DNA of 64,000 bases from a bacterium (GTDB lineage Bacteria > Hinthialibacterota > Hinthialibacteria > H5-UNCL2). The notes under the pieces were generated by a model. It did not search any database and was not told the DNA's origin. It worked only from the letters and a program-made list of their open reading frames with translations. Shown here piece after piece: positions 39,982 through 50,438 of the stretch (its first letter is position 1; every line of letters begins with the position of its first letter). The position numbers were made by a program, and so were the translations under genes. Location of the stretch: NCBI GenBank assembly GCA_015075175.1, contig JABTUV010000012.1, positions 36,018-100,017 on the forward strand. The letters are read 5' to 3'.

Positions 39982-40637
39982 GTTACGCGATCGACCTGAT
40001 CGTCTTGACCGCCGACGGGCAGATTGAGGCCGCACTCAAGGGGATTCTCTGTCGCTGCGATTCCTTGAGGATCGCCAAGCCGCGTTGCGGGTTCTACCGC
40101 CATCCCTCGCACGATTCCGGATGCCTCCGTGAGGCGCATCTCTTCCTTGCGGCCCAATCGCGCCGAGCGGGCCATGCCTTGATCGTGTTCGACCGCCGCG
40201 GTTGCGGGCGCGAGGAGCTTGCGCGCGTAGAGCTGGAGCAGATGGTGGAGCGGAATCTTGCCGAAACGGGTTGGCGGGATCGATCCGCCGTGGTCGTGTT
40301 GGATCCCGAACTGGAAATCTGGGTTTGGAGTGACTCACCCGAGGTTGAGGCGTGCCTGGGTTGGGATCCGCCGACCGGGAATCTGCGCCGGCAGTTGCAG
40401 GCGCAAGGCCTTTGGGATCCCGACGGGCCGAAGCCCTCCCAACCCAAGGAAGCGTTGCTTTGGGCACTGCGTCAAGTGGATAAGAGGCCGTCAGCGGCCA
40501 TTTTTGAGGACCTAGCCCAACGCGTGTCATTCCGCCGGTGCAGCGACCCGGCTTTTCAGAAGCTTTGCGCGGTTCTGCGTAACTGGTTTCCCGACAGCGG
40601 AACGGCTTCATCAACGACGAAAGGGGTTTGTCCATGA
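39978..40637 (+). CDS. DUF4276-like small protein (partner of the ATPase)
   Basis: 219 aa, GTG start overlapping the ATPase stop (GTGA); N-terminal IDLIVLTADGQIEAAL resembles the DUF4276 start (conserved acidic residues in a TOPRIM-like beta-strand). Confidence 0.45.
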   Translation: MSYAIDLIVLTADGQIEAALKGILCRCDSLRIAKPRCGFYRHPSHDSGCLREAHLFLAAQSRRAGHALIVFDRRGCGREELARVELEQMVERNLAETGWRDRSAVVVLDPELEIWVWSDSPEVEACLGWDPPTGNLRRQLQAQGLWDPDGPKPSQPKEALLWALRQVDKRPSAAIFEDLAQRVSFRRCSDPAFQKLCAVLRNWFPDSGTASSTTKGVCP

Positions 40638-41857
40638 GTAGGAACCAGCGCTGGCCACGTTTCTGGTTGTGTTGTGGTCTTGCACTGGTTTGGGCCAGGG
40701 AACAGCCGGTCGAGGCCGCGCAGCCTTGCGGTTTCATCCTTCTCTCCTCGACCGAGGCCGCGGCGTTGCAGGCGGCGGCGCGGCGGGGCGAGGCGGCGTT
40801 GGCGCCGGCGCTCTCGCGTCTGCGCCAGGCCGCCGAGCGCGCGCTCGGCCGGGGCCCTTGGAGCGTGACCTTCGTTCCCTCCAAAGCCCGGAGCGGCGAT
40901 CCCCACGACTACTACAGCGAAGGCCCCTACTGGTGGCCGGACCCCAGCCGTCCCGGCGGTCCCTACCTCCGGCGCGACGGGCAGGTCAATCCGCAGCGAT
41001 TCGACGGGCACGGCAAGGCCATGTCCGCCATGAGCGACGCCGTGCTCACACTCGGCCTGGCGGCGTATCTCTTGGACGACGCCACCGCGGCGCGGCGCGC
41101 GGCGGAAGTCATCCGCGTCTGGTTTCTGGATCCGACGACGCGCATGAACCCGCACCTCAACTACGCCCAGGCCATCCCCGGTCGCAGCGACGGACGCGGC
41201 ATCGGCATCATCGACTCGCGTTGCCTCATCGACGCGGCCGTCGGCATGGCGTTTCTTTCTCATACTCCCCACTGGCCCGACGCGGAAGAGGCCGCCGCCC
41301 GCGAGTGGTTTCGCCGTTACCTGGATTGGCTGACGACCAGCCGGAACGGACGGGATGAAAAGAACGAGCGGAACAACCACGGCAGTTGGTGGACGGCGCA
41401 GGTAGTCGCCTATGCCGCGTTGGTGGGGGACGTCTCGACGATGCAGATGGGATTCGACTGGTATCGGCGGCGCCTCATTCCCGTCCAGGTCCAGCCGGAT
41501 GGACGGTGTCCGTTTGAAGAGGCGCGCACGCGGTCGCTCTCGTACAGCGTGTTCAACCTGGATGCGCTGGCGACGGTCTGCCGCATGGCCGAGGTGGAAG
41601 GCATCGACCTGTGGGGCTTTCAGACGGCGGAGGGCGCGGGCATGGCCGCGGCGGTGCGCTACCTGACGCCCTATCTTCTGGAACCCGACGCCTGGACGAA
41701 GCCGCAGATTACTGCCTATCGACGGCAGCGCGCGCCTTTTCTCTACTGGGCGTCCCTGGGACTGGGGGAAGCCGAGTACCGGCGCGCCTGGCGGCGCCTG
41801 CCGTCCCAGGACAACGCCGAGGACCTCCTGCTGGAACTGCTGGACCGCTCCCGATAG
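40634..41857 (+). CDS. secreted alginate-lyase-family (polysaccharide lyase) protein
   Basis: Signal peptide; NHGSWWTAQVVAYAALVGD resembles the alginate-lyase motif; start overlaps the upstream stop (ATGA). Confidence 0.45.
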   Translation: MSRNQRWPRFWLCCGLALVWAREQPVEAAQPCGFILLSSTEAAALQAAARRGEAALAPALSRLRQAAERALGRGPWSVTFVPSKARSGDPHDYYSEGPYWWPDPSRPGGPYLRRDGQVNPQRFDGHGKAMSAMSDAVLTLGLAAYLLDDATAARRAAEVIRVWFLDPTTRMNPHLNYAQAIPGRSDGRGIGIIDSRCLIDAAVGMAFLSHTPHWPDAEEAAAREWFRRYLDWLTTSRNGRDEKNERNNHGSWWTAQVVAYAALVGDVSTMQMGFDWYRRRLIPVQVQPDGRCPFEEARTRSLSYSVFNLDALATVCRMAEVEGIDLWGFQTAEGAGMAAAVRYLTPYLLEPDAWTKPQITAYRRQRAPFLYWASLGLGEAEYRRAWRRLPSQDNAEDLLLELLDRSR

Positions 41858-41994
41858 CGTGCCATCGCGACGGGCTTTCTCCGTGGAAATATGGCGCGAT
41901 TGGGTTTAATATCAGGACGTTATGGCGGGCGGGTACGTCGCGCCCTTGGACTGGAAGTGACTGAGGCGGCGGAGCGTGAAAGCAGGTTCTGGTG

Positions 41995-43193
41995 ATGGAC
42001 GCCTTTTCGCAGTTGCGGCGGCTGATCAACATCGGGATCATGCTCACCAGCGTGCACGATCTGGACCTCTTGTTGGACATGATCGTGTCAGGCGCGCAAT
42101 TCTGCGACGCGGACGGGGGAGCCTGTACATCGTGGAGGATGATCATCTGGAGTTTCGCGTCAGCCAGTGCACCACGCTGCGCCTGCGCGAGGGCGCGCAG
42201 GCGGATGAGCGCGCCTTCAAGCCCTTCAAGCTGCCGCTCTCGCGCCAGAGCCTGGCCGGCTACGTGGCGATTACCGGCAAGCTGCTCAACATCCCCGACG
42301 CCTATGCCATTCCGCCGGACGCCCCCTATCAGCCCAACCGCAGCTTCGACGAAAAGAACAACTATCGTACCCGCTCGATGCTGGTGATTCCCATGACCGA
42401 GCCGCAGGGCCGGGTGGTAGGCGTCTTGCAGCTCATCAACGCCATGAACGGGCGGGGCGAACCGATTCCCTTCGACCCGCAATATGAGGAGTTTCTCCTG
42501 TGCCTGGCCAGCCAGGCGGCGGTCGCCGTGTCCAACGCGCAGTTGAACCGGGCCATCAAGGACGCGCACTACGAGACCATCTACCGTCTGGCGGTCGCTG
42601 CCGAGTACAAGGATCACGATACCGGCGCGCACATCAAGCGCGTGTCGGAGTACTCGGGCATCCTGGCGGCGCGCATCGGCATGAGTCCGGAGGAAGTCGA
42701 GCTGATCCGTTACGCCAGTCCCATGCACGACGTGGGCAAGCTGCGCATTCCCGACGCGATTCTGCTCAAGCCCGGCAAATTGGACCCCGAGGAGCGCGCC
42801 GAGATGGAGCGCCACACCGTCTACGGCGGCGAGATTCTGGCCAATCCCAAGTCCGAGGTGATCGCCTACTCGGAGCGCATCGCCCGCTCGCACCATGAGA
42901 AATGGAACGGCACGGGTTATCCCCGCAAGCTGGCGGGTGAGGCCATTCCCATCGAGGGCCGCATCGTGGCGCTGGCCGACGTGTTCGATGCGTTGGCCAG
43001 CCCGCGCTGCTACAAGCCGGCATTCTCGCTCGACAAGGTGATTTCCATCATCCGCGAGGAGGACGGCCGCCATTTCGATCCCCGGCTGGTCGAGGCGTTC
43101 TTCGATTCCCAGGACCAGATCATGCAGATTCACGCGCGTTACACGGACACTCCCGGCCAGAGCGTCACCGAGATCGCGACCGCCGGGTTGTGA
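41995..43193 (+). CDS. GAF domain plus HD-GYP phosphodiesterase (c-di-GMP), with an apparent frameshift in the GAF domain
   Basis: HD-GYP motifs HDTGAHIKRVS, HDVGK, GTGYPRKLAGEAIP. The GAF N-terminus (MDAFSQLRRLINIGIML) is in frame 41995 and switches frame at the G-run gacggggga (about 42113), consistent with a G deleted from a homopolymer. Confidence 0.65.
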
Positions 43194-43337
43194 TCTCGAC
43201 TTTCCCCGCCCCGCGCAAGCCGCAGCCATAAAGAGAACCGACAGGGCTGAGCCGCCGCACAAACCAGAACCGAAAGCCCTGAGCGAAGCGCCACGCGCGA
43301 AGTCGAAGGGCGGCTTTGATGCTGACGACTACCGCTA

Positions 43338-43377
43338 TGCGGCCTTGGCTCCCCCCTTAACAAGGGGGGTTGGGGGG
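43338..43377. repeat. GC hairpin repeat GGCCTTGGCTCCCCCCTTAACAAGGGGGGTTGGGGGG (copy 2)
   Basis: Near-identical to 22157-22197. Confidence 0.7.
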
Positions 43378-43561
43378 AGTGTGCGAGAAGGGACGGGGGC
43401 CGATTTTCCACGGGGGGTTTTCGCATATTGAGCAGGAATTGCGTGGAAAATGGGCGACTGTCACCTTGAGAGATGCGTCTTGACAGGAGCTCCGGCGGGT
43501 CCGTAAGCTGAAGCCGGAAAGGAGCCGCATGAAAGCCGCGCGAGCGTCGCAGCCTACCGGC

Positions 43562-45096
43562 ATGGACCGGTCCACGTCGTATCATCCCGACCGGAATCTG
43601 CTCCTGGCGCGGGAGACGCGGCTATTTCCCCGCTCGCCGGGCGGGCGCCTGCACGTGGCATTGGTGTTTCCTCAACCCTACTCCACCGCCATGTCCAACC
43701 TGGGATTCCAGTTCATCTACCGCTATTTCAACTCGCTGCCGGACGTGGAATGCGAGCGCGCGTTCTACGCCCCGTCGGGACGCCCCGTCTCATTTGAAAG
43801 CCAACGTCCGCTGGGCGACTTCGACCTGCTCGCCTTCTCCGTCTCGTATGCGCTGGACTTCCCCGCCATGCTGGAGCTCTTGCTACGGGCGGGCATCTCC
43901 CTGTCGGCGCGCGAACGGGCCGGCCGGCCGCTGGTAGTCGCGGGCGGCGTCGCCATCACCACCAATCCGCTGCCGTTGGCCGACTTTTTTGATCTCTTCT
44001 TCATCGGCGACGGCGAAGAGAGCCTGCCGGTCGCGGTTGAAGCCCTCCTGGAGCATTGCAGCCGACCGGCGCGCCTGGCGGCGCTGGCGGGCGAGCCGGG
44101 CCTCTTCATTCCCGAGTTGCACGACGCCGGCGGCCCCATCCGCGTGGCTCCGCGCGTGGTCCCCGACTTCGCCCGTTACGAAGTCTGCTCGGGCATCCTG
44201 TCGCCCGACACGGAGTTCGCCGACCGCATGTTGATCGAGAGCACGCGCGGATGCCCCTACCTGTGCCGCTTCTGCCTGGCCAAGTACATCCACGAGTCGC
44301 TGCGGCATCGCCCCATCGAGGCGGTCTGGCAGATGGCCGAGCGGCCCGAGGTGCGGCAGGTGGGATTGATCGGCGCGGGCGTTTCCACCCATCCCCGGTT
44401 TGTCGAGATGTGCGAGGGCTTGGTCGCGCGCGGCCAGGGCGTGTCGTGTTCTTCGCTGCGGCTCAACAACGTCAGCCAGGCGATGGCCGACATCCTGGTG
44501 CGAGGGGGGCAGAAGACCCTCACCATCGCGCCCGAAGCCGGCGATGAACGCACCCGCTGGGAAGTGCTGGGAAAGACAGCGAGCGACGCCATGATCCTGG
44601 AGACCGCCGAGCGCATCGGCCGCGCGGGCGCAACCGGGCTCAAGTGCTATTTTATCACCGGCATTCCCGGCGCCCCGCCGGAGGAGAACGACAAGTTGAT
44701 CCAACTGGTGCGCGACATCCGGCGGGTATTCACGTCGGCCGGCGGCGGGCGCGGAATCGTGACGGTGGGCGTGTCGCCGTTCGTGCCCAAGCCGCAGACG
44801 CCGTGGTCGGAGGCGCCCATGGCGCCCCTGAGCCAGGTCAAGGCGAACCTGGCCGCCATGCGCCGCGCCTGGCGAGGCGATTCCCGGATTCGCCTGACCG
44901 AAACCAGTCCGTTCGACGCTCTCTTGGACGGCCTCTTCCTCGCAGGGGACCGTGATCTGGGGCCGGCGTGGCGGCGCTCGCGGCGATGCCTCGCACGCAA
45001 CGCCGCAAGTGGATCCTCGCCAACCTGGACGCGCCGTTGCAGCGCCTCTTGTCGCCCGCGAGCCGTTCGTTCTCCCTCGCCCACCGGATGGATGCG
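43562..45096 (+). CDS. B12-binding-domain radical SAM protein (C-terminus uncertain)
   Basis: N-terminal B12-binding-like region, radical SAM CxxxCxxC (CPYLCRFC). Beyond about 44960 the reading frame turns non-coding-like, and a +1 frame continues plausibly (AMPRTQRRKWILANLDAPLQRLL...). Confidence 0.55.
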
Positions 45097-45572
45097 CATG
45101 ACTTTCAAACTCGGCATCCTGTCCGACACGCATAACCACGTACCTGCCCGCCTGGCGCAGATGTTCGCGGGGTTGGTCTGATCCTGCACGGCGGCGACGT
45201 GATGACGCCCGCGGTATTGACGCGGATCGCAGCGGTCGCCCCGGTGCGGGTCGTGCGCGGCAACAACGACGACGCCCTGCCCGGACGTACGCCGGACCAT
45301 GACGTCGCCTGATCCACGGCATTCGCATCGCCTGACCCACGGCCACCTCTTCGGTAGACCGCGCCAGAGTGGAGATGGTGGTGCATTTTCGCGTGCATCG
45401 GCCGCATCTGATCGTGTGCGGCCACAGCCACGTATACAGCGACGAGACGGTCGGCGGGGTGCGCATTCTCAATCCGGGCACGGCGGGGATGAACTGGTTC
45501 GGCGGTCGTCCCACGGGCGTGCTCCTCTCCGTCAACGGCCGCGTGTACGATATCGAGAAAGTGGAATTCTGA
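45097..45572 (+). pseudogene. YfcE/MJ0936-family metallophosphoesterase broken by at least 3 frameshifts
   Basis: MTFKLGILSDTHNH (frame 1), LILHGGDV...VRGNND (frame 2), IHGIRIALTHGHLFG and VCGHSHVYSDETVGGVRILNPGTAG (third frame) together form a complete phosphoesterase. Confidence 0.5.
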
Positions 45573-45604
45573 AACCGCGGTAGCGCCGGCATCCTGCCGG
45601 CTGG

Positions 45605-45714
45605 CGTGTGGGCATCCGGCCCACACGCCTCGGCGACAGGGTGCGCGTGATGCGAAGCGTGGGGGCGAGACGCCCCTCACGCAAGCCGGCGGGACGCCGG
45701 CGCTACCGCGGGGT
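45605..45714. repeat. composite double-hairpin repeat, copy 2 (TGTGGGCATCCGGCCCACA plus GTGGGGGCGAGACGCCCCTCAC plus GCCGGCGGGACGCCGGC)
   Basis: Shares gcgaagcgtg...cacgcaagccggcgggacgccggcgYtac with 22227-22275; stem sequences differ, but complementarity is preserved. Confidence 0.6.
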
Positions 45715-47108
45715 TACGGTGCGAGGCCGCCGGTGCGTTGCACGTGCTCCAGGACGACGGCGCGCGCCTGCGCCGGGTAGCGCGTCACCTGCTCTTCCGC
45801 CAGCCGGCCGGATTCCACCATCCGGTCGGCGTAGAAGTCGACCGTGGCCACGCGGAACGGCCCCCTCTTTCCTTCCGGCGCCTGTTTGTTGAAAAGCGTC
45901 GCCAACTGCTCCGCCGTGACTTCAACCACGACCATGGCGTTGTCGAACGGCAGCATCTCGTACACGTTGCGTTTCGTGATCCGCCCGGGCGAGAGCGTCG
46001 CTCGGTTGCCGCCGGGTTGATAGTGGCCGAAGTCCGCGTCGTACTTCTGCGCAAAAATCGCCTCGAACGCCCGCACCAGCGCCGCCTTGTCCAGCGCGGC
46101 GTCGGTCCGCCCGACGACGGCGTCCAGCGTCCGGCGGAGGTCGCGCTCGTACTTCTCCACGACCGCCGCGGTCGTCGGATCGGGCGGGCCGATGCGGCCG
46201 TCCATGCGGACCAATCGCCCGCCGTACTCCGCCACGCGACGGCCGGGCACATCCACCACCAGGTCCAGCCGTCCCACGTACTCGCTGTAGCATTTGGCCT
46301 GCACGACGATGGTCTTTCCCACCAGCTCAGGCTGGTCGAGTTGCGTGTGGCTGTGGCCGCCCACGATGACGTCGATGTCGGGAACCTCGCGCGCCAATCG
46401 CAGGTCCTGGCCCACGCCGCAATGCGACAGGACGATCACAAGATCGGCTCGTTGCCGTACGTCCGGCAGGTGGCGTCGCACGGCGACTACTTGGTCCTGG
46501 ACGGTGAGTCCCTGGTGGCCGCGCGTGGCGGTGATGGCGTAAAGGTCCGGCGCGGTCACTCCGATGACGCCGATGCGAATGCCGTTGACCGTGGTGAAGA
46601 ATGTGGGCGCGTCGCCCAGGAGTTCACCCGTGGGCGAAAAGACGTTGGCGCACAGGATGGGAAAGCGGGCCAGCCGCCGGAAGCCCGCGATCTTCTGCCA
46701 GCCGTGGTCGAATTCGTGGTTGCCCAGGACCGCGCAGTCGATGGGCAGGGTGTTGAGGATGTCGAAGACGGGCATCCCTTCGTAGAGTGTGGAGACGGGC
46801 GTGCCGGTGATCATGTCGCCCGCGTCCAGGACCAACACGTCGCTCCGCTGCGCCTTGACGCCTTTCAGGTAGCCGGAAATCGCCGCATAGCCGCCCACGC
46901 CGCGGCCGTCGGGCAGGGTGTGCGCGTGCGTGTCGTTGGTGTGGAGAATGACCAGCGTGCGGGTGGCCGGATGGACGGCATGGGAGAGCGGAGCGAGGAG
47001 GAAAACGAGTGCGAGAAGGAAGGCGCGCGCCAGGTGAGACCATGCGGCGGCGGGCGTCTCCAACTGGTCCAGGATGCGCACCAGGCGCGCGTTGGCGCGT
47101 TCGATCAC
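45714..47108 (-). CDS. 5'-nucleotidase / bifunctional metallophosphatase (UshA-like), secreted
   Basis: Signal peptide; metallophosphatase motifs ILHTNDTHAH, LDAGD, GNHEFD, GGHSH; C-terminal 5'-nucleotidase domain. Confidence 0.7.
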   Translation of the reverse strand: MIERANARLVRILDQLETPAAAWSHLARAFLLALVFLLAPLSHAVHPATRTLVILHTNDTHAHTLPDGRGVGGYAAISGYLKGVKAQRSDVLVLDAGDMITGTPVSTLYEGMPVFDILNTLPIDCAVLGNHEFDHGWQKIAGFRRLARFPILCANVFSPTGELLGDAPTFFTTVNGIRIGVIGVTAPDLYAITATRGHQGLTVQDQVVAVRRHLPDVRQRADLVIVLSHCGVGQDLRLAREVPDIDVIVGGHSHTQLDQPELVGKTIVVQAKCYSEYVGRLDLVVDVPGRRVAEYGGRLVRMDGRIGPPDPTTAAVVEKYERDLRRTLDAVVGRTDAALDKAALVRAFEAIFAQKYDADFGHYQPGGNRATLSPGRITKRNVYEMLPFDNAMVVVEVTAEQLATLFNKQAPEGKRGPFRVATVDFYADRMVESGRLAEEQVTRYPAQARAVVLEHVQRTGGLAP

Positions 47109-47340
47109 CCGGTTGGCTCCCGCGCCTGCAGGAGATCGGCCAGATTGAGCGCGGTCGGGACGGCGACCTGCATCTGCGAGATTGGGCGCGCTGGCCGAAC
47201 GGCTCGGTCATCATCCGGTCCACGTATCTCGCCGAGGCGGGTGACGTAGTGCGGATCATCCCCGCCTTCAGGGTATAGGGCACGCCCATGATGGTGACGT
47301 TGATGGTTATCGCCCAAAATCAGTTGCGCGCCTCCCTCAC

Positions 47341-47428
47341 CTGCCGTCTCCCCGGGAGGGTTTCACACCTGCCGTCTCCCTCAGGGAGAGGGTTTCTGAC
47401 CCTGCCCTCTCCCCGGGAGAGGTTTCAG
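47341..47428. repeat. REP-like palindromic repeats (CTGCCNTCTCCCNNAGGGAGAGGGTTT), 3 units
   Basis: Same family as 5561-5793. Confidence 0.65.
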
Positions 47429-47653
47429 AACATGACCGCAGGAGGACTGGCGGTTTTCCAAGTCCTCGATGCGGGCGATGAGGCTCTGGACGCGCTCGCG
47501 GAAGTCGTCCAGGTCGCGCTTCATGGCCTGGTTCTGATCGTAGAGGGCGCCGCGCTCCTCTTCCAGCGCCGCGATGCGCCTCTGCATGGCGGCCAGCCGG
47601 GATTCCAACTCGCTGATGGTGTTCATCAGCGCGCTCGCCGGATTGTCCTGCAT
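47381..47653 (-). CDS. small coiled-coil protein (ZapB-like?)
   Basis: About 90-aa helical, charged heptad-like sequence immediately downstream of pheT; the ORF end runs into the REP repeats, so the 3' boundary is uncertain. Confidence 0.3.
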   Translation of the reverse strand: MQDNPASALMNTISELESRLAAMQRRIAALEEERGALYDQNQAMKRDLDDFRERVQSLIARIEDLENRQSSCGHVLKPLPGRGQGQKPSP

Positions 47654-47663
47654 GATGCCTCCC

Positions 47664-50114
47664 TTACGCCTGGCGAAGATGGACGCCGAGGTCCCGCTCC
47701 AGCCGCCGCGCGATCCTGCCGACCACGGCGTTGGCCTTTTCGTCCGTCAAGGTCTCGCCGGCGGCGCGCAGGACAAGGCGATAGGCCAGGCTGCGGCAGC
47801 CGGGCTGGACCTGGGCGCCGCGGTATTCGTCAAAGAGGGCCATCTCTTCCAGGAGCGCGCCCGCCCCCTCGGCGATGATGGAGGCGATGGCGTCGCTGGG
47901 CACGCCCTCGGGTGCGACCAGCGCCAGATCGCGTCGCACCGCCGGCAGTCCCGAGGGGGCAGCATAACTCCGGGCGCCGCTTCCCGCCAGCGCCTGGATG
48001 CGGTCCACGTCCAGTTCCAGGACGGCTACCACCCCCGACAGGTCGCCTCGTTCGACCACCGCGGGATGCAGTTCGCCGACCACGCCCAGGAGCTCGCCGC
48101 CGCAGGTGACGGCGGCGCTGCGGCCGGGGAAGAGATAAGGGCGACTCTCCTCGCAGAAACTCAGTGCGGGAAGGCGAAAGCGCTCGCCCAGCGCCTCCAC
48201 CAGGCCCTTGGCATCAAAGTAGTCCCAGTGTCGTTCCGGCAGCGCCCAGTGGCGCTCGACCGCGCCCCACAACATCGCCGCCACCACCCGTTTTTCGCAG
48301 TGCAGGGCATCGGGTCCGGCGGCGGGCAAGTACACGCGCGCCAGCTCGAAGACGGCCAGGTCGGCCACGTCTTGCCGCTGGTTGTTAAGGACTACCTGCC
48401 ACAGGCTGGGCAGGAGCGATGTGCGCATCTTCGACAGGTCCTCGCTGAGGGGATTGGCCAGCTCCACCGTCTTGCGCAGGTCGCTGTCGGCGGGCGCGCC
48501 CAGCCTGTCAAAGTCCCGCTCGCCGATGAAACTGAAGGTGACAACCTCCGAAAGCCCGCACTCGGCGAAAAACCGCTTCACGCGCCGCTCGAATCCGTAG
48601 CTCGTGGCCGGAATCCGACTGGCGGCGGTAGACGGGGGCACGGTACTGGGCACGCGGTCGTAGCCGTAAACGCGCGCGACCTCCTCGATCAGGTCCACCT
48701 CGCGGAAGAGATCGACGCGCGCGGTGGGTACGCTGACGGAGATGCGGTCCTCGTCGGTGGGATGCGGCTCGACCGGATGGCGGACGAGGTCGTCGGGCAG
48801 GCGCCGCAGGATGGCGAGGAGGTCTTCCCGGGGGATGCGCGCGCCCAGGAGATGCTCGAGCCGGGAGACGCGCAGTTCCACGCGGCGGGAACGGGTCTCG
48901 GGGCTGCGCGACTCCGCTGGAGCGGTATCGTCCAGCCTGCCGGCCAGGACCTTCCCGCCCGCCCACTCGGCGATCAGGCGGGCGCAGCGGTCCAAGGCCA
49001 CCGGCACGTTCTCGAAGTCCGTTCCCCGCTCGAAGCGATAGGAGGACTCACTGGAGAGTCCCACGCGGCGACTGGTGCGACGCACGCCCGTCGGCTCGAA
49101 CCAGGCGCTTTCCAGCAGGATGCGACGGGTGTGCGGGCGTACTTCGCTGCGCTCTCCGCCCATCACGCCGGCGAGTGCCACCGGGCCGGCGGCGTCGGCG
49201 ATCACGAGGTCGTCGCTACAAAGCGTTCTCGTCACACCGTCCAGGGTGACCATGCTCTCGCCGTCACCCGCCCGCCGCACGATGATGCTGTCGCCGGCTA
49301 GGAGGTCCAAATCGAAGGCGTGCAGGGGATGGCCGTATTCCAGGAGCACGTAGTTGGTGGCATCGACCACGTTGTTGATGCTGCGGATGCCCAGGCTCTC
49401 CAGGCGGCGTTGCACCCAGTCGGGCGAGGGGCCGATGGCGACGTTTTCGATCACGCGCGCCATGTAACGCGGGCAGCGGTCGGGCGCATCCACGCGCACG
49501 CGATAGGCGCTGGACGCGGGCTTCTCGTCCTCAACGACTTCGGCTGGGGGAAAAGCCACAGCCACGGCCAGCGAGAAGCGCAACTCCCGCGCCAAGCCCA
49601 CGTGCGACAGGAGGTCGGGTCGGTTGGGGGTGACGTTGATTTCAAAGAGCGTGTCATTCATCCCAAGATAGGCCGCGACCGGCTCGCCGACTTTCGCCTC
49701 TTGCGGGAGGATGCGCACGCCCTGTGCTTCTTCCGAGACGCCCATCTCCTTGTCGGAGCAGATCATGCCGTGGGAAAAGAAGCCGCGGATCTTGGTCTTC
49801 TTGATTTTGGTCCCATCGGGCAGGCTGGCGCCCGGCCGGATGAAGCAGATTTTGTCGCCCGCTTTGTGGTTGGGGGCGCCGCAGATGACTTCCCATACCG
49901 CCTCGCCGGTATCCACCTTGCAGAAGGTGAGATGGTCGCTGTCGGGGACCTTGTTGCATTCGAGAATGCGGCCGACGACGAAGGCCTCCAGGCCGGCGCC
50001 CTGGGGGTGGATGGCTTCGACTTCCAGGCCGGTCATGGTGAAGTGGGTAGCCAGTTCGGAGGGGGGCAGGGAGACGCCGGTCAGCTGGGATAGCCAAAGG
50101 TAAGAAGTCTTCAT
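47664..50114 (-). CDS. pheT: phenylalanine--tRNA ligase beta subunit
   Basis: 816 aa; tRNA-binding N-domain, B3/B4, B5 and FDX-ACB domains in the canonical order. Confidence 0.9.
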   Translation of the reverse strand: MKTSYLWLSQLTGVSLPPSELATHFTMTGLEVEAIHPQGAGLEAFVVGRILECNKVPDSDHLTFCKVDTGEAVWEVICGAPNHKAGDKICFIRPGASLPDGTKIKKTKIRGFFSHGMICSDKEMGVSEEAQGVRILPQEAKVGEPVAAYLGMNDTLFEINVTPNRPDLLSHVGLARELRFSLAVAVAFPPAEVVEDEKPASSAYRVRVDAPDRCPRYMARVIENVAIGPSPDWVQRRLESLGIRSINNVVDATNYVLLEYGHPLHAFDLDLLAGDSIIVRRAGDGESMVTLDGVTRTLCSDDLVIADAAGPVALAGVMGGERSEVRPHTRRILLESAWFEPTGVRRTSRRVGLSSESSYRFERGTDFENVPVALDRCARLIAEWAGGKVLAGRLDDTAPAESRSPETRSRRVELRVSRLEHLLGARIPREDLLAILRRLPDDLVRHPVEPHPTDEDRISVSVPTARVDLFREVDLIEEVARVYGYDRVPSTVPPSTAASRIPATSYGFERRVKRFFAECGLSEVVTFSFIGERDFDRLGAPADSDLRKTVELANPLSEDLSKMRTSLLPSLWQVVLNNQRQDVADLAVFELARVYLPAAGPDALHCEKRVVAAMLWGAVERHWALPERHWDYFDAKGLVEALGERFRLPALSFCEESRPYLFPGRSAAVTCGGELLGVVGELHPAVVERGDLSGVVAVLELDVDRIQALAGSGARSYAAPSGLPAVRRDLALVAPEGVPSDAIASIIAEGAGALLEEMALFDEYRGAQVQPGCRSLAYRLVLRAAGETLTDEKANAVVGRIARRLERDLGVHLRQA

Positions 50115-50271
50115 CGACGAACCGACAGAACCTCAAGAGTCGTCGTAAGTTAATTGCGGCTGGGTACTTGTAGCAAAGGGGCGGGGTAGTGTCAAGGCGA
50201 TGGTGGCGGGAGACCGACTTGGAAGGGCTTGACAGGACGCGGTTTGGAGTGATAGAGATGCAGCCACGGGT

Positions 50272-50347
50272 GCAGGAGTAGCTCAGTTGGTAGAGCTCCA
50301 CGTTGCCAACGTGGTTGTCGCGGGTTCGAGTCCCGTCTCCTGCTCCA
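50272..50347 (+). tRNA. tRNA-Gly (anticodon GCC)
   Basis: Cloverleaf folded by hand: acceptor GCAGGAG/CTCCTGC, D-arm GCTCAGTTGGTAGAGC, anticodon stem CCACG/CGTGG with loop TTGCCAA, T-arm GGGTTCGAGTCCCG, 3' CCA encoded. Confidence 0.9.
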
Positions 50348-50438
50348 TAAGTCTTCGAAAACCAACCACTTAGGTGACCGGCTTTTGCCGTGGGTTGTAA
50401 CCGTCAGGTCAATTGACCTGAGAATGGAGGTTTCGCCC

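Noticed and set aside
47105-47317. Minus-strand ORF 47105..47317 / 46624..47289 as the N-terminal extension of the 5'-nucleotidase
   Set aside because: The frame differs from the nucleotidase, which has its own signal peptide starting at 47108; the extension is low-complexity and non-coding-like.
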